In this document: piece by piece, positions 28,013-38,648 of the stretch | Numbering within the stretch: position 1 is the first letter of the stretch | Layout: the number at the start of each line of letters is the position of its first letter | Assembly: GCA_964580235.1 (NCBI GenBank) | Contig: CAZOJY010000002.1 | Coordinates: forward strand, 12,994-76,993 | Length of the DNA: 64,000 nt | Direction of reading: 5' to 3' | Source: an uncultured Eubacteriales bacterium | GTDB lineage: Bacteria; Acidobacteriota; Aminicenantia; Aminicenantales; Aminicenantaceae | Notes under the pieces: generated by a model | What the model was told of the DNA's origin: nothing | Databases searched by the model: none | What the model saw: only the letters and a program-made list of their open reading frames with translations | Program-made: the position numbers and the translations under genes

Positions 28013-28703
28013 CCGGCTTTTGGGTGTTTTTTTTAATCCCAAAAATATTTTTAAGGCCTTATCTGAAAAGTCCATCTGGGTGGACATGCTTTTTGTTCTT
28101 CTCATTTTGGTCACGATTTACGCTGTGTTGATTTCTCCTTATATTCCGCAAGATCAGATCAAGCGTTTGAAAAGTGATGCAAAGGGCCGAGCAGAGATGG
28201 GAGAAGAAGCCTTCAATCAACGATTGGAATTTTGGGAAAATCCCGCTCCGCTTGTGACGATAACAGGAATCATCATGCAGCCCGTCTCCTTACTCATCGG
28301 ATTCCTGATTCAATGCTTAATCATTCTGGGAATGGGGCGCTTGATTTCTATTGAGGGAAAATATATCCAAGTTTTTTCTTCCTTTGTTCATGCCAATGCA
28401 ATCAACCTCGTTTTAGGCAATGCCTTACGTGCCTTCCTCATCTTCAGCCGCGAATCTGTTTTTCAGACAACGACAAGCCTGGCTCTCTTCTTTCCCAGGC
28501 TTGATATCATGTCTCCAGCATATTTTGTGCTCACGCAAGTGGATTTCTTTCAACTTTGGGTATTCGGTATTTTCGGCTTTGCCCTGTCGCAAATCTTCAA
28601 GATTGATTTGAAAAAAGGCCTTTTTCTTTCCTACGGATTCTGGTTCATCAGAAGCTTGTTTTATATCGCTTCCAGATTGTTGGCTATGAAATTCGTCAGC
28701 TAG
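27999..28703 (+). CDS. Yip1-like multi-pass membrane protein
   Basis: ATG 27999 overlaps the ATPase stop by 14 nt. N-terminal [11 protein letters not shown], one TM helix, a ~50-aa loop, then four TM helices. This topology is typical of bacterial Yip1-domain proteins. Confidence 0.55.
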   Translation: MTFFSRLLGVFFNPKNIFKALSEKSIWVDMLFVLLILVTIYAVLISPYIPQDQIKRLKSDAKGRAEMGEEAFNQRLEFWENPAPLVTITGIIMQPVSLLIGFLIQCLIILGMGRLISIEGKYIQVFSSFVHANAINLVLGNALRAFLIFSRESVFQTTTSLALFFPRLDIMSPAYFVLTQVDFFQLWVFGIFGFALSQIFKIDLKKGLFLSYGFWFIRSLFYIASRLLAMKFVS

Positions 28704-28720
28704 CTATCCCCTAGCAGACA

Positions 28721-28753
28721 GGCAAGCTGAAGAGGAAGTCATCTCAGTTTGCC
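28721..28753 (+). terminator. stem-loop downstream of the Yip1-like gene (10-bp stem with one G-U pair, 13-nt loop, no U-tract)
   Basis: GGCAAGCTGA (28721-30) pairs with TCAGTTTGCC (28744-53). The missing U-tract makes a terminator function uncertain. Confidence 0.2.
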
Positions 28754-28764
28754 CGCCTGCCCCA

Positions 28765-28793
28765 TTGACATCTGGTGTTGGGATTTATAAAGT
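28765..28793 (+). promoter_or_regulatory. possible sigma-70-like promoter placed for a leaderless transcript of the 28800 gene
   Basis: TTGACA (28765-70), 17-nt spacer, TAAAGT (28788-93). Only 6 nt and no Shine-Dalgarno before ATG 28800. Confidence 0.3.
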
Positions 28794-28799
28794 ATTCAT

Positions 28800-29864
28800 A
28801 TGGATTCATTTCCCCAAATCCTGTACTCCGTTTGGGAGTCTAGAGCAACAGGACGCCTTCTCATAAAAAGCGATACCACTGAGAAAGAACAGACTTTTTT
28901 AGACGGCAACCTGGCCGTAGATAAGGATACATTTAATGAGAAGGCCTTTCTTATTCATCTCTTGAAAAAGAAAATCCTGGATAATCCATCTGCAAAAAAA
29001 TGCGAGACGCGGACCGCAAAGAAGAAAACATCTCTCCTATCTTCTATCATCGACCTTGGAATCCTCTCTCCACAACATCTGTGGAAGAATATGGAGGCTT
29101 TTAGAAAACAAGAGCTGTTTCCTTTCTTTGACATGTCTCCGGTGGTTTTATCTCTTATTTCAGATAAAACACCGTCAGGCGCAACCATTCTTTTTACTAT
29201 CCCCACGCTCAATTTTATCCGAGAAGGTATCTACCGAATGAAAAACATCAAACTGATCGATACTCTCATCCCAAAGGAGAACGAGGATTTTAAGACACTT
29301 TCGCCCGAGCACATGGATCAGATCGATCTGGAACCGCATGAGGAATACCTCATCCACGCTGCTGGCAAAAACAAAGACCTCCCAAGTCTTTATATGACAA
29401 GTGTAATGGGCGAAAAATACACTAAAAAAGCTCTCTTTACTCTCCTTTGTTTAAAAATTCTCGGACCATCTCCGATGGCAACACCCAACAAACCCCTTCA
29501 GGAATTATCCGCCGCAGAGCTTCAAAAAATTCTCAGTACTTTTAATACAAAATGTTCTTATATCTATAAATCCGTTTCCAAAGAACTTGGTCCTGTTGCT
29601 CTGAATTTGATGGAAAAATCCATCGAAGACAGCAAACCTCATCTATCGCAACACTTCCAAAAAATCCGGTTGGGCATAGATGGCAAAATCGATCTTCAAC
29701 CGGTCCTCAAATCCAGCATCATCCTCTCGGATCGAGAAACAATACAGTTGATAATCAAATCTCTGAATGAAATTCTAGCTGCAGAGATCTTGACCGTGAA
29801 AAAAACTCTCGGCACCGCATTCGAATCGACGTTGATTAAAAATTTGGAGAAAGTGGGTGGCTGA
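28800..29864 (+). CDS. hypothetical protein (354 aa; the N-terminus is faintly DUF4388/PatA-N-like)
   Basis: Long ATG-started ORF with balanced composition and no TM helices. ILYSVWESRATGRLLIKSDTTEKEQTFLDGNL resembles the start of DUF4388-type domains. This assignment is weak. Confidence 0.55.
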   Translation: MDSFPQILYSVWESRATGRLLIKSDTTEKEQTFLDGNLAVDKDTFNEKAFLIHLLKKKILDNPSAKKCETRTAKKKTSLLSSIIDLGILSPQHLWKNMEAFRKQELFPFFDMSPVVLSLISDKTPSGATILFTIPTLNFIREGIYRMKNIKLIDTLIPKENEDFKTLSPEHMDQIDLEPHEEYLIHAAGKNKDLPSLYMTSVMGEKYTKKALFTLLCLKILGPSPMATPNKPLQELSAAELQKILSTFNTKCSYIYKSVSKELGPVALNLMEKSIEDSKPHLSQHFQKIRLGIDGKIDLQPVLKSSIILSDRETIQLIIKSLNEILAAEILTVKKTLGTAFESTLIKNLEKVGG

Positions 29865-29935
29865 ATTGAAGAGAAAGCAGGTGTTGGCCCTTCTGATTTT
29901 TATAACACTGATAATTCTTTTTTTCTTGGTCAAAA

Positions 29936-30859
29936 TTGGAACCTGAAGCCAAAAATCTCGCCGTTGTCTTGGGCCCCACAGCTGTCGGAAAAAGTTGCAT
30001 TGCTATCCGCCTGGCCAAAGAATTTAATGGAGAAATCATCACCTGCGACTCTATGCAGGTTTACAGAGGATTCGATATCGGAACAGACAAAATCCCCGTT
30101 GAACAGAGGGAAAACGTCCCCCATTACCTTCTTGATGTGGCCGATTCATCCACACAATTCACAGCGGGTGACTTCGTCAGACTTTCTTTGGATGCTGTCA
30201 AATCAATCAGGAAAAAACAAAAACTCCCGATTATCGCTGGGGGAACAGGCCTCTATCTGAAAGCCCTTCTCGATGGACTTTTTCCAGAAGAAAAAAAAAA
30301 TCCGGCTATCCGCAACAAGCTTGAACAGCAGGCAAAAAACAAAGGATTGGAATATTTAAGAGAACTGCTTTTAAAAGTAGATCCTGTTTACGCAAAAAAA
30401 ATAGGCAAGAGGGATAAAATTCGCATCATAAGAGCACTCGAAGTTTACCATGTCACTCAAAAACCCATTTCCTCACATTTCGCTAACACTTTTTCACCGG
30501 TCGATGATTTCCATATCCTTAAAATTGGGTTAACTTTAGAAACGGCCGTTCTTTACAGAAAAATTGAAAATCGTGTCGACCGGATGTTCGAAAAAGGCAT
30601 CGTAAACGAAGTGCAAAACCTTCTTGCAGGGGGACTCAAACCGGAATCTCCGCCATTTCGTGCTCTGGGTTACAGACAAGTCTTAAAACATTTAAAAGGA
30701 GATATATCCCTGGAAGAGGCGATCGATCTGACCAAAAAAGAAACCCGCCACTACGCTAAGAGACAGATGACATGGTTTCGAAAAATGACGGGAATCCGCT
30801 GGTTTACACCGAATAGTTTTCCTGCTATTTCTAAATTTGTGAAAACCCATTTGAAGTGA
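29936..30859 (+). CDS. miaA: tRNA dimethylallyltransferase
   Basis: P-loop [31 protein letters not shown] and [12 protein letters not shown]. The start appears to be TTG. Confidence 0.9.
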   Translation: MEPEAKNLAVVLGPTAVGKSCIAIRLAKEFNGEIITCDSMQVYRGFDIGTDKIPVEQRENVPHYLLDVADSSTQFTAGDFVRLSLDAVKSIRKKQKLPIIAGGTGLYLKALLDGLFPEEKKNPAIRNKLEQQAKNKGLEYLRELLLKVDPVYAKKIGKRDKIRIIRALEVYHVTQKPISSHFANTFSPVDDFHILKIGLTLETAVLYRKIENRVDRMFEKGIVNEVQNLLAGGLKPESPPFRALGYRQVLKHLKGDISLEEAIDLTKKETRHYAKRQMTWFRKMTGIRWFTPNSFPAISKFVKTHLK

Positions 30860-30860
30860 A

Positions 30861-32123
30861 ATGGAAAAAGCAATTCTTTTACACTTGGCAACAAACAAAA
30901 GGGAACGGGCTGAAGCGGAAGAATCCATCAAAGAACTCCGAAGATTGGTTCAGTCGGCCGGGGCTGATGTCATCCATGAAATATTGCAGGTCCGGCCTAA
31001 GATATCTCCCAAATATTTCATCGGGGGAGGCAAAGTCGAAGAAATCATTCAATTGAAACAGGAAACACAGGCAGATCTCATCATTTTTGACCACAACCTT
31101 TCGCCGATCCAACAGAGAAGTTTAGAAGACGCAATCCCTGGAAAGATCCTCGACAGGACACAACTCATCCTGGACATTTTCGCCCAGCGTGCCCAAAGCA
31201 AGGAGGGAAAGCTTCAGGTCGAGCTGGCTCAGCTGAGTTACCGGCTCCCTCGCCTTTTGGGACGAGGAAAAACTCTCTCTCGATTAGGGGGAGGAATCGG
31301 CACCCGAGGTCCTGGAGAGAAAAAACTCGAAGAGGACAGAAGACGCATTCAAGACCGGATCTCACGGATCAAGAAAGAAATCCTCCGTGTCCAGAAGCGA
31401 CGCATTCAACAGAGGAAAAATCGCAGGAAGGGTCCGATTCCAATCGTGTCTCTCGTTGGCTACACAAATGCAGGAAAGTCCACATTATTCAACAGGCTCT
31501 CCAGCGAGAGTATGTTTACATCCTCCCAACTCTTTGCCACCCTTGATCCTGTTCTACGCCGTGCCTATCTTCCAGATGGACTCTATTTTTTTCTCTCCGA
31601 TACCGTGGGTTTCATCAAAAAATTACCTGTTGAGCTAATCGAAGCCTTCAAAGCCACTCTGGAAGAGATCAAGGAGTCCGACTGCATCCTTCATGTCATT
31701 GATACAAAGTCCCCATTATGCAACTCCCAAATCGAAGCCGTGGATAATATTCTATCCGATTTGGGTGTTAAGAATATTCCAGTCATTAAGGTCTTCAACA
31801 AAATCGACCTTTTTCCAAACATAGCGGACTTTTTGCTCAAAAATAATAGTTCTCCCCATCAATCTGTTTACATTTCTGCTAAAACAGGAAACGGAATCCA
31901 CCTGCTTCACAAAAAGCTTCGTTCTTATCTGTTTCAAAAGATGAATTTTTATGATCTCAGCATTCCGAAATCCAAAAAAAATATCATTTCCTCTTTCTCA
32001 AAATGGTCAATTGTGCTAAAAAAGAGAGAAAACCGCGAAAACATTGAAATAAAAATAATGGCCGATCCAAAATCCGTTCTAAACTACACATCTTACATCA
32101 AGAGAGGAGGAGAAAATTGGTGA
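30861..32123 (+). CDS. hflX: GTPase HflX
   Basis: HflX N-domain ([24 protein letters not shown]), G1 [17 protein letters not shown] and NKID. Confidence 0.9.
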   Translation: MEKAILLHLATNKRERAEAEESIKELRRLVQSAGADVIHEILQVRPKISPKYFIGGGKVEEIIQLKQETQADLIIFDHNLSPIQQRSLEDAIPGKILDRTQLILDIFAQRAQSKEGKLQVELAQLSYRLPRLLGRGKTLSRLGGGIGTRGPGEKKLEEDRRRIQDRISRIKKEILRVQKRRIQQRKNRRKGPIPIVSLVGYTNAGKSTLFNRLSSESMFTSSQLFATLDPVLRRAYLPDGLYFFLSDTVGFIKKLPVELIEAFKATLEEIKESDCILHVIDTKSPLCNSQIEAVDNILSDLGVKNIPVIKVFNKIDLFPNIADFLLKNNSSPHQSVYISAKTGNGIHLLHKKLRSYLFQKMNFYDLSIPKSKKNIISSFSKWSIVLKKRENRENIEIKIMADPKSVLNYTSYIKRGGENW

Positions 32124-33442
32124 GAAGAGCATATGCCTTGTGTTTTCTGATAATACTGATATTGGGGGCATGCGCAACATACCAACCACCACCTCCCAGC
32201 CTCTATCTCGATAAATTGCCTCAATCCATCGTGACCGAACTCTCTCTCGATGAGAGAATCGTCATTGAAGAAGCCTGGAGGAGCCTGAGGCAGGGGAAGG
32301 GAAGCAAAGCCCGCAAAACTCTGATGAGCCTGGATGAACAAAGCCCTTTTTACTATGTTGGCATGGGATACGCCTACTTCATGATGAACGATATTGCACT
32401 GGCAGAAGACTTTTTTAAGGCGGCCCAGCGATATTCCCCGGATATGATTATCGTCCATCTGGGCCTGGGACAAATTTATCATAGGACAGGTCGCGACGAC
32501 CAAGCGTTTGCAGAATTCCGGGAAATTATCAATAGAGATCCGAGCCACATCTGGGTTAAGGCTCAATACGAAAATATTAAAACCAAAAAAACGCAAGAAT
32601 CGTTGGAGACAGGTAAGTCCTTTTTTGATGCAGGGAACATGGAGAGCAGCAAGGAGGCATATCTTCGGGCCTTGTATTATTCCCCAGAATCTCTACAAGC
32701 TCACCTTGCTTTGGCTGACATTTTCCAACAAGAAAATAACATGGAAAACGCCCTTGTTCATCTGGAAGCAGCCAGTAAATACGATCCCGAAAATAGGGAT
32801 ATCTTCAAGAAGTATGGCAATGCTCTATTTTTGGCCAATGAAAACAAGCAGGGCCTTAAGATTTACGAGAGATTGTCGGCAGAAGAACCCGAAAACCAAG
32901 AATACCAGCAGAGAATCGAAATCTTGAAAAACCGATTGGGAATCTTTGAGCTTCCAAGTCAGTACAACACCATAAATACTTCTGAAGCCGTTTCGAAAGA
33001 GGATGTGGCAGCACTTCTAGCGATCAAGTTCAAGAATGTCTTTGGGAAAACCGCAAAAAAACCACCGATAATCATCGACATCGCAACTTCATGGGCAGAC
33101 GATTACATCCTCCAAACGACATCACTCGGTCTATTGGACATATATCCTAATCATACATTCCGCCCAAAAAAAATTATAACCCGGGCAGAAATGGCTGAAA
33201 TCCTCCTCCGGCTGGTCAATTACATAAGGGATAGAGGCTTTAAATTCATCCAGCAGATCCCGCAAGAAAAAATCCAAATATCTGATGTCTCTGCGGACAA
33301 TTATTACTATCAACCCATCATCCAGATTGTATCCTATGATATCATGAGTCTGTCACTGGATAAAACATTTAAGCCAGATCTACCCGTAACCGGCAAGAAT
33401 GCCATCAAACTCCTCGATATCATCCTGGGTCAGATCAACTAG
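32117..33442 (+). CDS. TPR-repeat lipoprotein with a C-terminal S-layer homology (SLH) domain
   Basis: Lipobox-like LILGAC, TPR repeats ([26 protein letters not shown]...), and an SLH-like C-terminus ([42 protein letters not shown]). The start is TTG 32117 or GTG 32120, after AGGAGGA. Confidence 0.7.
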   Translation: MVRRAYALCFLIILILGACATYQPPPPSLYLDKLPQSIVTELSLDERIVIEEAWRSLRQGKGSKARKTLMSLDEQSPFYYVGMGYAYFMMNDIALAEDFFKAAQRYSPDMIIVHLGLGQIYHRTGRDDQAFAEFREIINRDPSHIWVKAQYENIKTKKTQESLETGKSFFDAGNMESSKEAYLRALYYSPESLQAHLALADIFQQENNMENALVHLEAASKYDPENRDIFKKYGNALFLANENKQGLKIYERLSAEEPENQEYQQRIEILKNRLGIFELPSQYNTINTSEAVSKEDVAALLAIKFKNVFGKTAKKPPIIIDIATSWADDYILQTTSLGLLDIYPNHTFRPKKIITRAEMAEILLRLVNYIRDRGFKFIQQIPQEKIQISDVSADNYYYQPIIQIVSYDIMSLSLDKTFKPDLPVTGKNAIKLLDIILGQIN

Positions 33443-33497
33443 GCACCTTTAAAGACACCAAGATGGTTAGTCATACATATTTATTCAGGCTTATAAG

Positions 33498-34076
33498 ATG
33501 AACAAACTGGCAGAAGAACGTTTTTGGAACATCCCCAATTTCTTCAGCACGCTCCGGATCCTTCTGATCCCGTTTTTTATTTATATGATGCTCCAAAACA
33601 AGCTCCTGGAGTCCTTGGTTGTTTTTTGCGTTGCAAGCACAACAGACATCTTGGATGGATTGACGGCCCGTATCTGGCATCAGAGGACAAAAATCGGCGG
33701 GCTGCTCGATCCTGCTGCGGACAAGCTGTTGATGACCACAGCCATCATCGTCTTGAGCCTTCCCACCCTCAGCCGGCCAAACACTATCCCCCTTTGGCTT
33801 ACAGTTGCCATTATCGGCCGCGACATCGTCATCGTATCCGCTGCAGTCGTAATCTACAAACTGAAGGGCCAAAAAAAATTCCCTCCAAGTTTATCAGGGA
33901 AGGCCAGCACCGTCTGTCAGATGGGAGTGATCTTGTGTGTGCTTCTGTTTAATATCAGGAACACATCTCCCGGATTTCTCCCGGGGCTGTACATCCTCAC
34001 TTTCGTTTTAACCCTCATCTCTGGATTTGGGTATGGATTTAGGGGTTTCCGTTCGTCTTCGCGATCGAAGCAATAA
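33498..34076 (+). CDS. pgsA: CDP-alcohol phosphatidyltransferase (PgsA-like)
   Basis: DGxxAR-x8-G-x3-D-x3-D motif present as DILDGLTARIWHQRTKIGGLLDPAADK. Length 192 aa, multi-TM. Confidence 0.8.
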   Translation: MNKLAEERFWNIPNFFSTLRILLIPFFIYMMLQNKLLESLVVFCVASTTDILDGLTARIWHQRTKIGGLLDPAADKLLMTTAIIVLSLPTLSRPNTIPLWLTVAIIGRDIVIVSAAVVIYKLKGQKKFPPSLSGKASTVCQMGVILCVLLFNIRNTSPGFLPGLYILTFVLTLISGFGYGFRGFRSSSRSKQ

Positions 34077-34082
34077 CCAGTC

Positions 34083-35525
34083 TTACAAGTTCTTATCGAT
34101 GAATCCCTTGCGGAATGTTTTCCAAAGGATCTTCAAATCGAGGCTCAAAGACCAATTTTGAATGTAATAAAAATCGTAGTCCAGCCTTTTATCTATCGAG
34201 GTGTCCTGTCTGAGTCCATGAACTTGAGCCCATCCGGTAACACCGGATTTCACCTTGTGCCGGAGCATATATTTGGGGATTTTTTCCCGAAATTCTTTCA
34301 CGAAGACTGGCCGCTCCGGGCGAGGCCCCACCAGGCTCATCTCTCCCTTGAGAACATTGAACAGTTGAGGAATTTCATCCAGGCTGAATTTTCGTAAAAA
34401 CCTGCCTATTTTTGTTATCCGAGGATCATCGGAAATACACATGACCGGCCCCGTCTGTGATTCAGCATCACAGATCATGGTTCGGAATTTATGCATGATG
34501 AATTTTTTTCCGTCAAGTCCCATTCGTTCCTGATGATAAAACACAGGCCCCCTGGAGGTAACCCTGATTAAAAGCCCGACAATGAATAAAAGAGGCGAAA
34601 ACAAAAGCAAAAAGATTGTGGATGCCAGGACATCCATCAGTCTTTTAGCCAAGAGCAGCACGCCCCTCAGGGGGGGCTCATCAACGCTTATAACAGGGAA
34701 GCCATCGAGATCTTCAACCCGGGCTTTGAGCGTGAGAAGCTGAAAAAGATCCGGGATCAACCTGACATTCACAACATACTTATTGACTACTTTGAGAGTC
34801 TCAAGAATCTTGCTGTAGTTATTCAAGTCCAATGCCACATAGACATCGGAGACATCATCCTTTTCCAGGACCGATTCCAACTCATTCAAAGGGCCGAGAA
34901 CCGGGATGCCTCCATTGATATCAACCACGTCTCCTGCCTTCCGCTCATCATCCAGGAATCCTTTAATAACAAATCCCAGATCTTTGTACTGCAAAAGTTT
35001 TTCAGCAACCGATTTTCCCATATCCCCAGCTCCGACAACCAGAACACTCTTTAAATTCATTCCTTTGGCATAACGTCTTTTCATGAAATAAAAGATCTGA
35101 TTTCGGAGGAAGGAGATCATCAACACAACCACAACAAAATAAACGGCAAGCCATCCGTGTGACAGCTTGAAGGTCACGCGAAATAGAGGTGCGGCTCCCT
35201 GGCTATAGGCATTTAAATAAGCTAAAACAGCCTGTATGATGAGGATTGTGAGAACGGCATTCAGCGTCACAAGGAAAAAATCATCGATTTTTGTTCGCTT
35301 CAGCCTCGTCCTGTAGAATCCCTGGAGAAAAAAGATCATCATGTGAATGGCCAGAAAGAGAGGCAGGACAAGGATGTAAGATCTTAATGGGGGAACTCCT
35401 CTTGCAGGATTGACAGGAATGACATAAAACCGAAATCCATAAGAGTAAAAATAGGACACCAGGATTCCCAGGAAATCACTCAACAGGAACCAGCCGATCA
35501 AATCGCTACGCTGACGTTTTATCAT
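34083..35525 (-). CDS. exopolysaccharide polyprenyl glycosylphosphotransferase (WbaP/EpsB-type priming enzyme)
   Basis: N-terminal TM bundle, a Rossmann-like VLVVGAGDMGKSVAEKL segment, and a C-terminal bacterial sugar transferase domain (MSLVGPRPERP, VKSGVTGWAQVHG, DLKILWKT). Confidence 0.85.
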   Translation of the reverse strand: MIKRQRSDLIGWFLLSDFLGILVSYFYSYGFRFYVIPVNPARGVPPLRSYILVLPLFLAIHMMIFFLQGFYRTRLKRTKIDDFFLVTLNAVLTILIIQAVLAYLNAYSQGAAPLFRVTFKLSHGWLAVYFVVVVLMISFLRNQIFYFMKRRYAKGMNLKSVLVVGAGDMGKSVAEKLLQYKDLGFVIKGFLDDERKAGDVVDINGGIPVLGPLNELESVLEKDDVSDVYVALDLNNYSKILETLKVVNKYVVNVRLIPDLFQLLTLKARVEDLDGFPVISVDEPPLRGVLLLAKRLMDVLASTIFLLLFSPLLFIVGLLIRVTSRGPVFYHQERMGLDGKKFIMHKFRTMICDAESQTGPVMCISDDPRITKIGRFLRKFSLDEIPQLFNVLKGEMSLVGPRPERPVFVKEFREKIPKYMLRHKVKSGVTGWAQVHGLRQDTSIDKRLDYDFYYIQNWSLSLDLKILWKTFRKGFIDKNL

Positions 35526-36634
35526 TTTTCACCTTGAAATTCGTTCCATTTCTCATGAAACACAGCCGATACCTTCTCCTTGAATAAATCCCGAGAGAAT
35601 GTCAAAGCATTCGCCCGTATAATCGATTTATTAAAAGCAATGCCTTGAAATTTGTCAAGCGCGGTTTGAAGACTCCTTGGGGTCAATTCAAGAAAAAAAA
35701 GGCCGCTTTCCTGAGGGATTACGGTCTCTGTCGCTCCGCCCCTTCCATAGGCAATCACGGGTATTCCACAGGCCTGGGCTTCCAGCGAGTTGATGCCGAA
35801 ATCTTCTTCACCGGGTATCAGAAGAGCCTTAGCACCCTGATAGGCCTGACGCAGTTCCTGGGAAGACAGAGAGCCGAGAAATTCGATATTTCTGTTTGCT
35901 GCCTTCTTTAGCTTTTTGTAATCAGGGCCCTGGCCAACGATCTTCATTTTCAAGCCATTGCGGTTAAAAGTCTCTATAGCCAGGTCTATCCTTTTGTACG
36001 GAACCAAGGCGGAAACAAGCAGATAATAATCGCCCTGTTGGCTGTCAGGCAGAAAAAATTCTGTATCCACAGGAGGATGGAGAACGTCCGCTGTCCTCCG
36101 GTAATACCGGTAAATTCGCCGGGCGACAGTCTTCGAGTTCGCTAGAAAGTAATCCACTCGGGATGTGCTGGCCACATCCCATAGTCGCAGACGGTGGATT
36201 AGAGGAGGGATGAGCCGACGGGAGAAAAATCCCAATTGATCGGCCGAAAAATAAGCAAAATACTGATTCCAGGCATACCGGACAGGGGAATGGATATAGC
36301 TGATATGCAGGGCATCCGCCCGGGGAATTGCGCCTTTGGCCACACAGTGGGAGCTGGAGATGACCAGGTCATAATCCTGGAGATCAAACAGTTCCACAGC
36401 TAAGGGGTAAAATTGCAAGTACCAGCGGTATCGTTTTCTCAAAAAGGGCATCTTCTGAAGGAAACTGGTATGAATGGTTCTTTTTTCTATATTTTCGATC
36501 TGACTTCCCAAAAAATGAAACAAGGTGTAGATCGGAGCCTCCGGAAAGATTTCTGTAAAAACTTCCAGGACTTTTTCTCCTCCACGTTGGCCTGTCAGCC
36601 AGTCGTGCACCAGAGCAACCTTAGCATTCTCCAT
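35522..36634 (-). CDS. glycosyltransferase family 4
   Basis: GT-B EX7E region EEDFGINSLEAQACGIPVIAYGRGGATETV. 4-nt overlap with the priming transferase. Confidence 0.8.
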   Translation of the reverse strand: MENAKVALVHDWLTGQRGGEKVLEVFTEIFPEAPIYTLFHFLGSQIENIEKRTIHTSFLQKMPFLRKRYRWYLQFYPLAVELFDLQDYDLVISSSHCVAKGAIPRADALHISYIHSPVRYAWNQYFAYFSADQLGFFSRRLIPPLIHRLRLWDVASTSRVDYFLANSKTVARRIYRYYRRTADVLHPPVDTEFFLPDSQQGDYYLLVSALVPYKRIDLAIETFNRNGLKMKIVGQGPDYKKLKKAANRNIEFLGSLSSQELRQAYQGAKALLIPGEEDFGINSLEAQACGIPVIAYGRGGATETVIPQESGLFFLELTPRSLQTALDKFQGIAFNKSIIRANALTFSRDLFKEKVSAVFHEKWNEFQGEK

Positions 36635-36660
36635 CGCGGTGATTATAAAAAACGGGATGT

Positions 36661-37719
36661 TTATTTGTCAATCAGCACAGATATATACTCTTCAATTGTT
36701 TTATCCCAACGGAACTTCAGACTGTGGACAAAACCCTTTGTTTCATAATTTTTTTTGATTCTGTCGTTTTCGATAAAAAGAGTTATTTTTTCGGCCAAAT
36801 CCTCAACGGACTCAGGAGAAAAATACAGGACATTGTTCTCTAAAACTTCTTTCAAGCTCCCGCCAGGGCTGCTGATCACAGCTTTTTTTCGGGCCATCGC
36901 CTCCAACGGGGGAAATCCGAATCCTTCGTATAAGGAGGGAAAAACAAAAAATTCGGCGCCATCGATGAGCCGGGTCAAATCAGGCTGGATCAGATAACCT
37001 TTCATCACAACCTTTTTTTCGATTCCCAAATCTGTTACCAATTGCTGGAATGCTTGATCCGGTTTGCCCCCTGCAAGCACCAATCGAAAATCCGGATAAC
37101 GGTCTTTCACCAAGGAAAAAGCCCTGATAAGAGTGGATAAATTCTTGTGGGGTTTCAGGTTGCCCGTATAAAGCATATACGGAAAATCAAAAAACGAAGG
37201 CTGCGGTTCCTGCTGAAAAAAAAATTCCGCTATTCCATTATAGATCACTTTGATCCTGGATTCGTCGAAGCGAAATAAATCCCGCAGGTCATTTTTTGTA
37301 GTCTCGGACACAGCAAATACGATTGCTGCCTTTTTTTGAACCTGCCGCATGAAAAATTTTCCGACCTCAACCCTGAGGGCAGGCTTAAAAAGGTGGGGGA
37401 ACTTGAAGTGAATCAGGTCATGGACTGTGATGAATAGCTTTTGAGAAATACATAGAGGATAAACATAATGGGGAGAAAAATAACAGTAGTCCTTCAACTT
37501 TCTGATCTTAAAAGGGATCTCCACATGCTCGCGAAAATCATAGTTTTTTACCGTTGTTTCAATTGAGGACCCGCTCGGCAGATCAAGGGGATTTGTGCTC
37601 TTCAAGTGAATGACCCGGTACTCAAAACACCCACGGTTCACAATCCCCTGAAACAGATTTTGAATGTAGACACCTATGCCATAATCTTCGATTTTTCGGG
37701 CATCAAAAAGAATCTTCAC
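36661..37719 (-). CDS. glycosyltransferase family 4
   Basis: YEGFGFPPLEAMARKKAVISSPGGSLKEVL. N-terminus MKILFDARKIEDYGIGVYIQNL. Confidence 0.8.
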   Translation of the reverse strand: MKILFDARKIEDYGIGVYIQNLFQGIVNRGCFEYRVIHLKSTNPLDLPSGSSIETTVKNYDFREHVEIPFKIRKLKDYCYFSPHYVYPLCISQKLFITVHDLIHFKFPHLFKPALRVEVGKFFMRQVQKKAAIVFAVSETTKNDLRDLFRFDESRIKVIYNGIAEFFFQQEPQPSFFDFPYMLYTGNLKPHKNLSTLIRAFSLVKDRYPDFRLVLAGGKPDQAFQQLVTDLGIEKKVVMKGYLIQPDLTRLIDGAEFFVFPSLYEGFGFPPLEAMARKKAVISSPGGSLKEVLENNVLYFSPESVEDLAEKITLFIENDRIKKNYETKGFVHSLKFRWDKTIEEYISVLIDK

Positions 37720-38617
37720 AACGGAACTCCCTGATCAGGTCCATAATCCTGGTATAGATTTCCCTGCTTTCGGATTTATCCATCCACCGACTTAGCCATC
37801 GTTTCAATCCAAAGCGGAGCAAGAGATAACACTTGAGGACCGCCAATGCCCAGTGGCTGTTATGCTTGCAATAATAATAAAGCTGACTCTTTTTTGCTTC
37901 CGACAGCGCTCTTCCCGGCATTTTAGAAACGGATTGTCCAAGGTAATGGATAATCCGGACGTCTGATGTCATAAGTATTTTTTGACCGATCCGGCGGATC
38001 CGCTTTCCCAAATCTGCATCCTCGACGTAAAGAAAGAATCTTTCATCGAATCCCCCGACTTGCTTGAACAGGCTGCGGTCGATTAAGAAGCAGACCCCGC
38101 TCACCCAATCTACATCCCGGCTTATCCGGCCTTTTTTTCGTTTGTACTGCCACCGATGCCATTTTTCGGCAAAAAACTTCAGGAAAACCTCTGAAAGGAG
38201 ATGAAGGTCCGACCCCCAGGAAATTTGGAGAGATTTGTCGGGAAACAAAACCAGAGGCGCAACGATCCCATATTCTGGATAATTCTTTTTTATGTCCAGG
38301 AGTTTTCCGATCGTCCCTACGGGAACACATGTATCGTTATTCAGAATCAGGAGATATTGACCCATAGCTTGTTTGACTCCCAGGTTATTTGCCCGGGCAT
38401 ATCCGACATTTTTTGGCAGAGTAACCACTTTCACCCCGGGGAAATCCCGGCGTACAGCCCCAACAGAATCGTCAGCCGAGGCGTTATCCACGATAATAAC
38501 TTCATATTCCGGAGAACCTAAATCCTGGAAAAGGCTCTCCAACGTTTTCAGGAGATATGTTCTGTTGTTAAAATTTACGATGATGACCGAAACATCTGGG
38601 GCTTTATGTATCAACAC
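37703..38617 (-). CDS. glycosyltransferase family 2
   Basis: VSVIIVNFNNRTYLLKTLESL...IIVDNASADDS...NVGYARANNLG...LNNDT (GT-A DxD region). Confidence 0.85.
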   Translation of the reverse strand: MLIHKAPDVSVIIVNFNNRTYLLKTLESLFQDLGSPEYEVIIVDNASADDSVGAVRRDFPGVKVVTLPKNVGYARANNLGVKQAMGQYLLILNNDTCVPVGTIGKLLDIKKNYPEYGIVAPLVLFPDKSLQISWGSDLHLLSEVFLKFFAEKWHRWQYKRKKGRISRDVDWVSGVCFLIDRSLFKQVGGFDERFFLYVEDADLGKRIRRIGQKILMTSDVRIIHYLGQSVSKMPGRALSEAKKSQLYYYCKHNSHWALAVLKCYLLLRFGLKRWLSRWMDKSESREIYTRIMDLIREFRCEDSF

Positions 38618-38648
38618 TAATTCTCCCTATCCGTCATCGATCTCTTTT

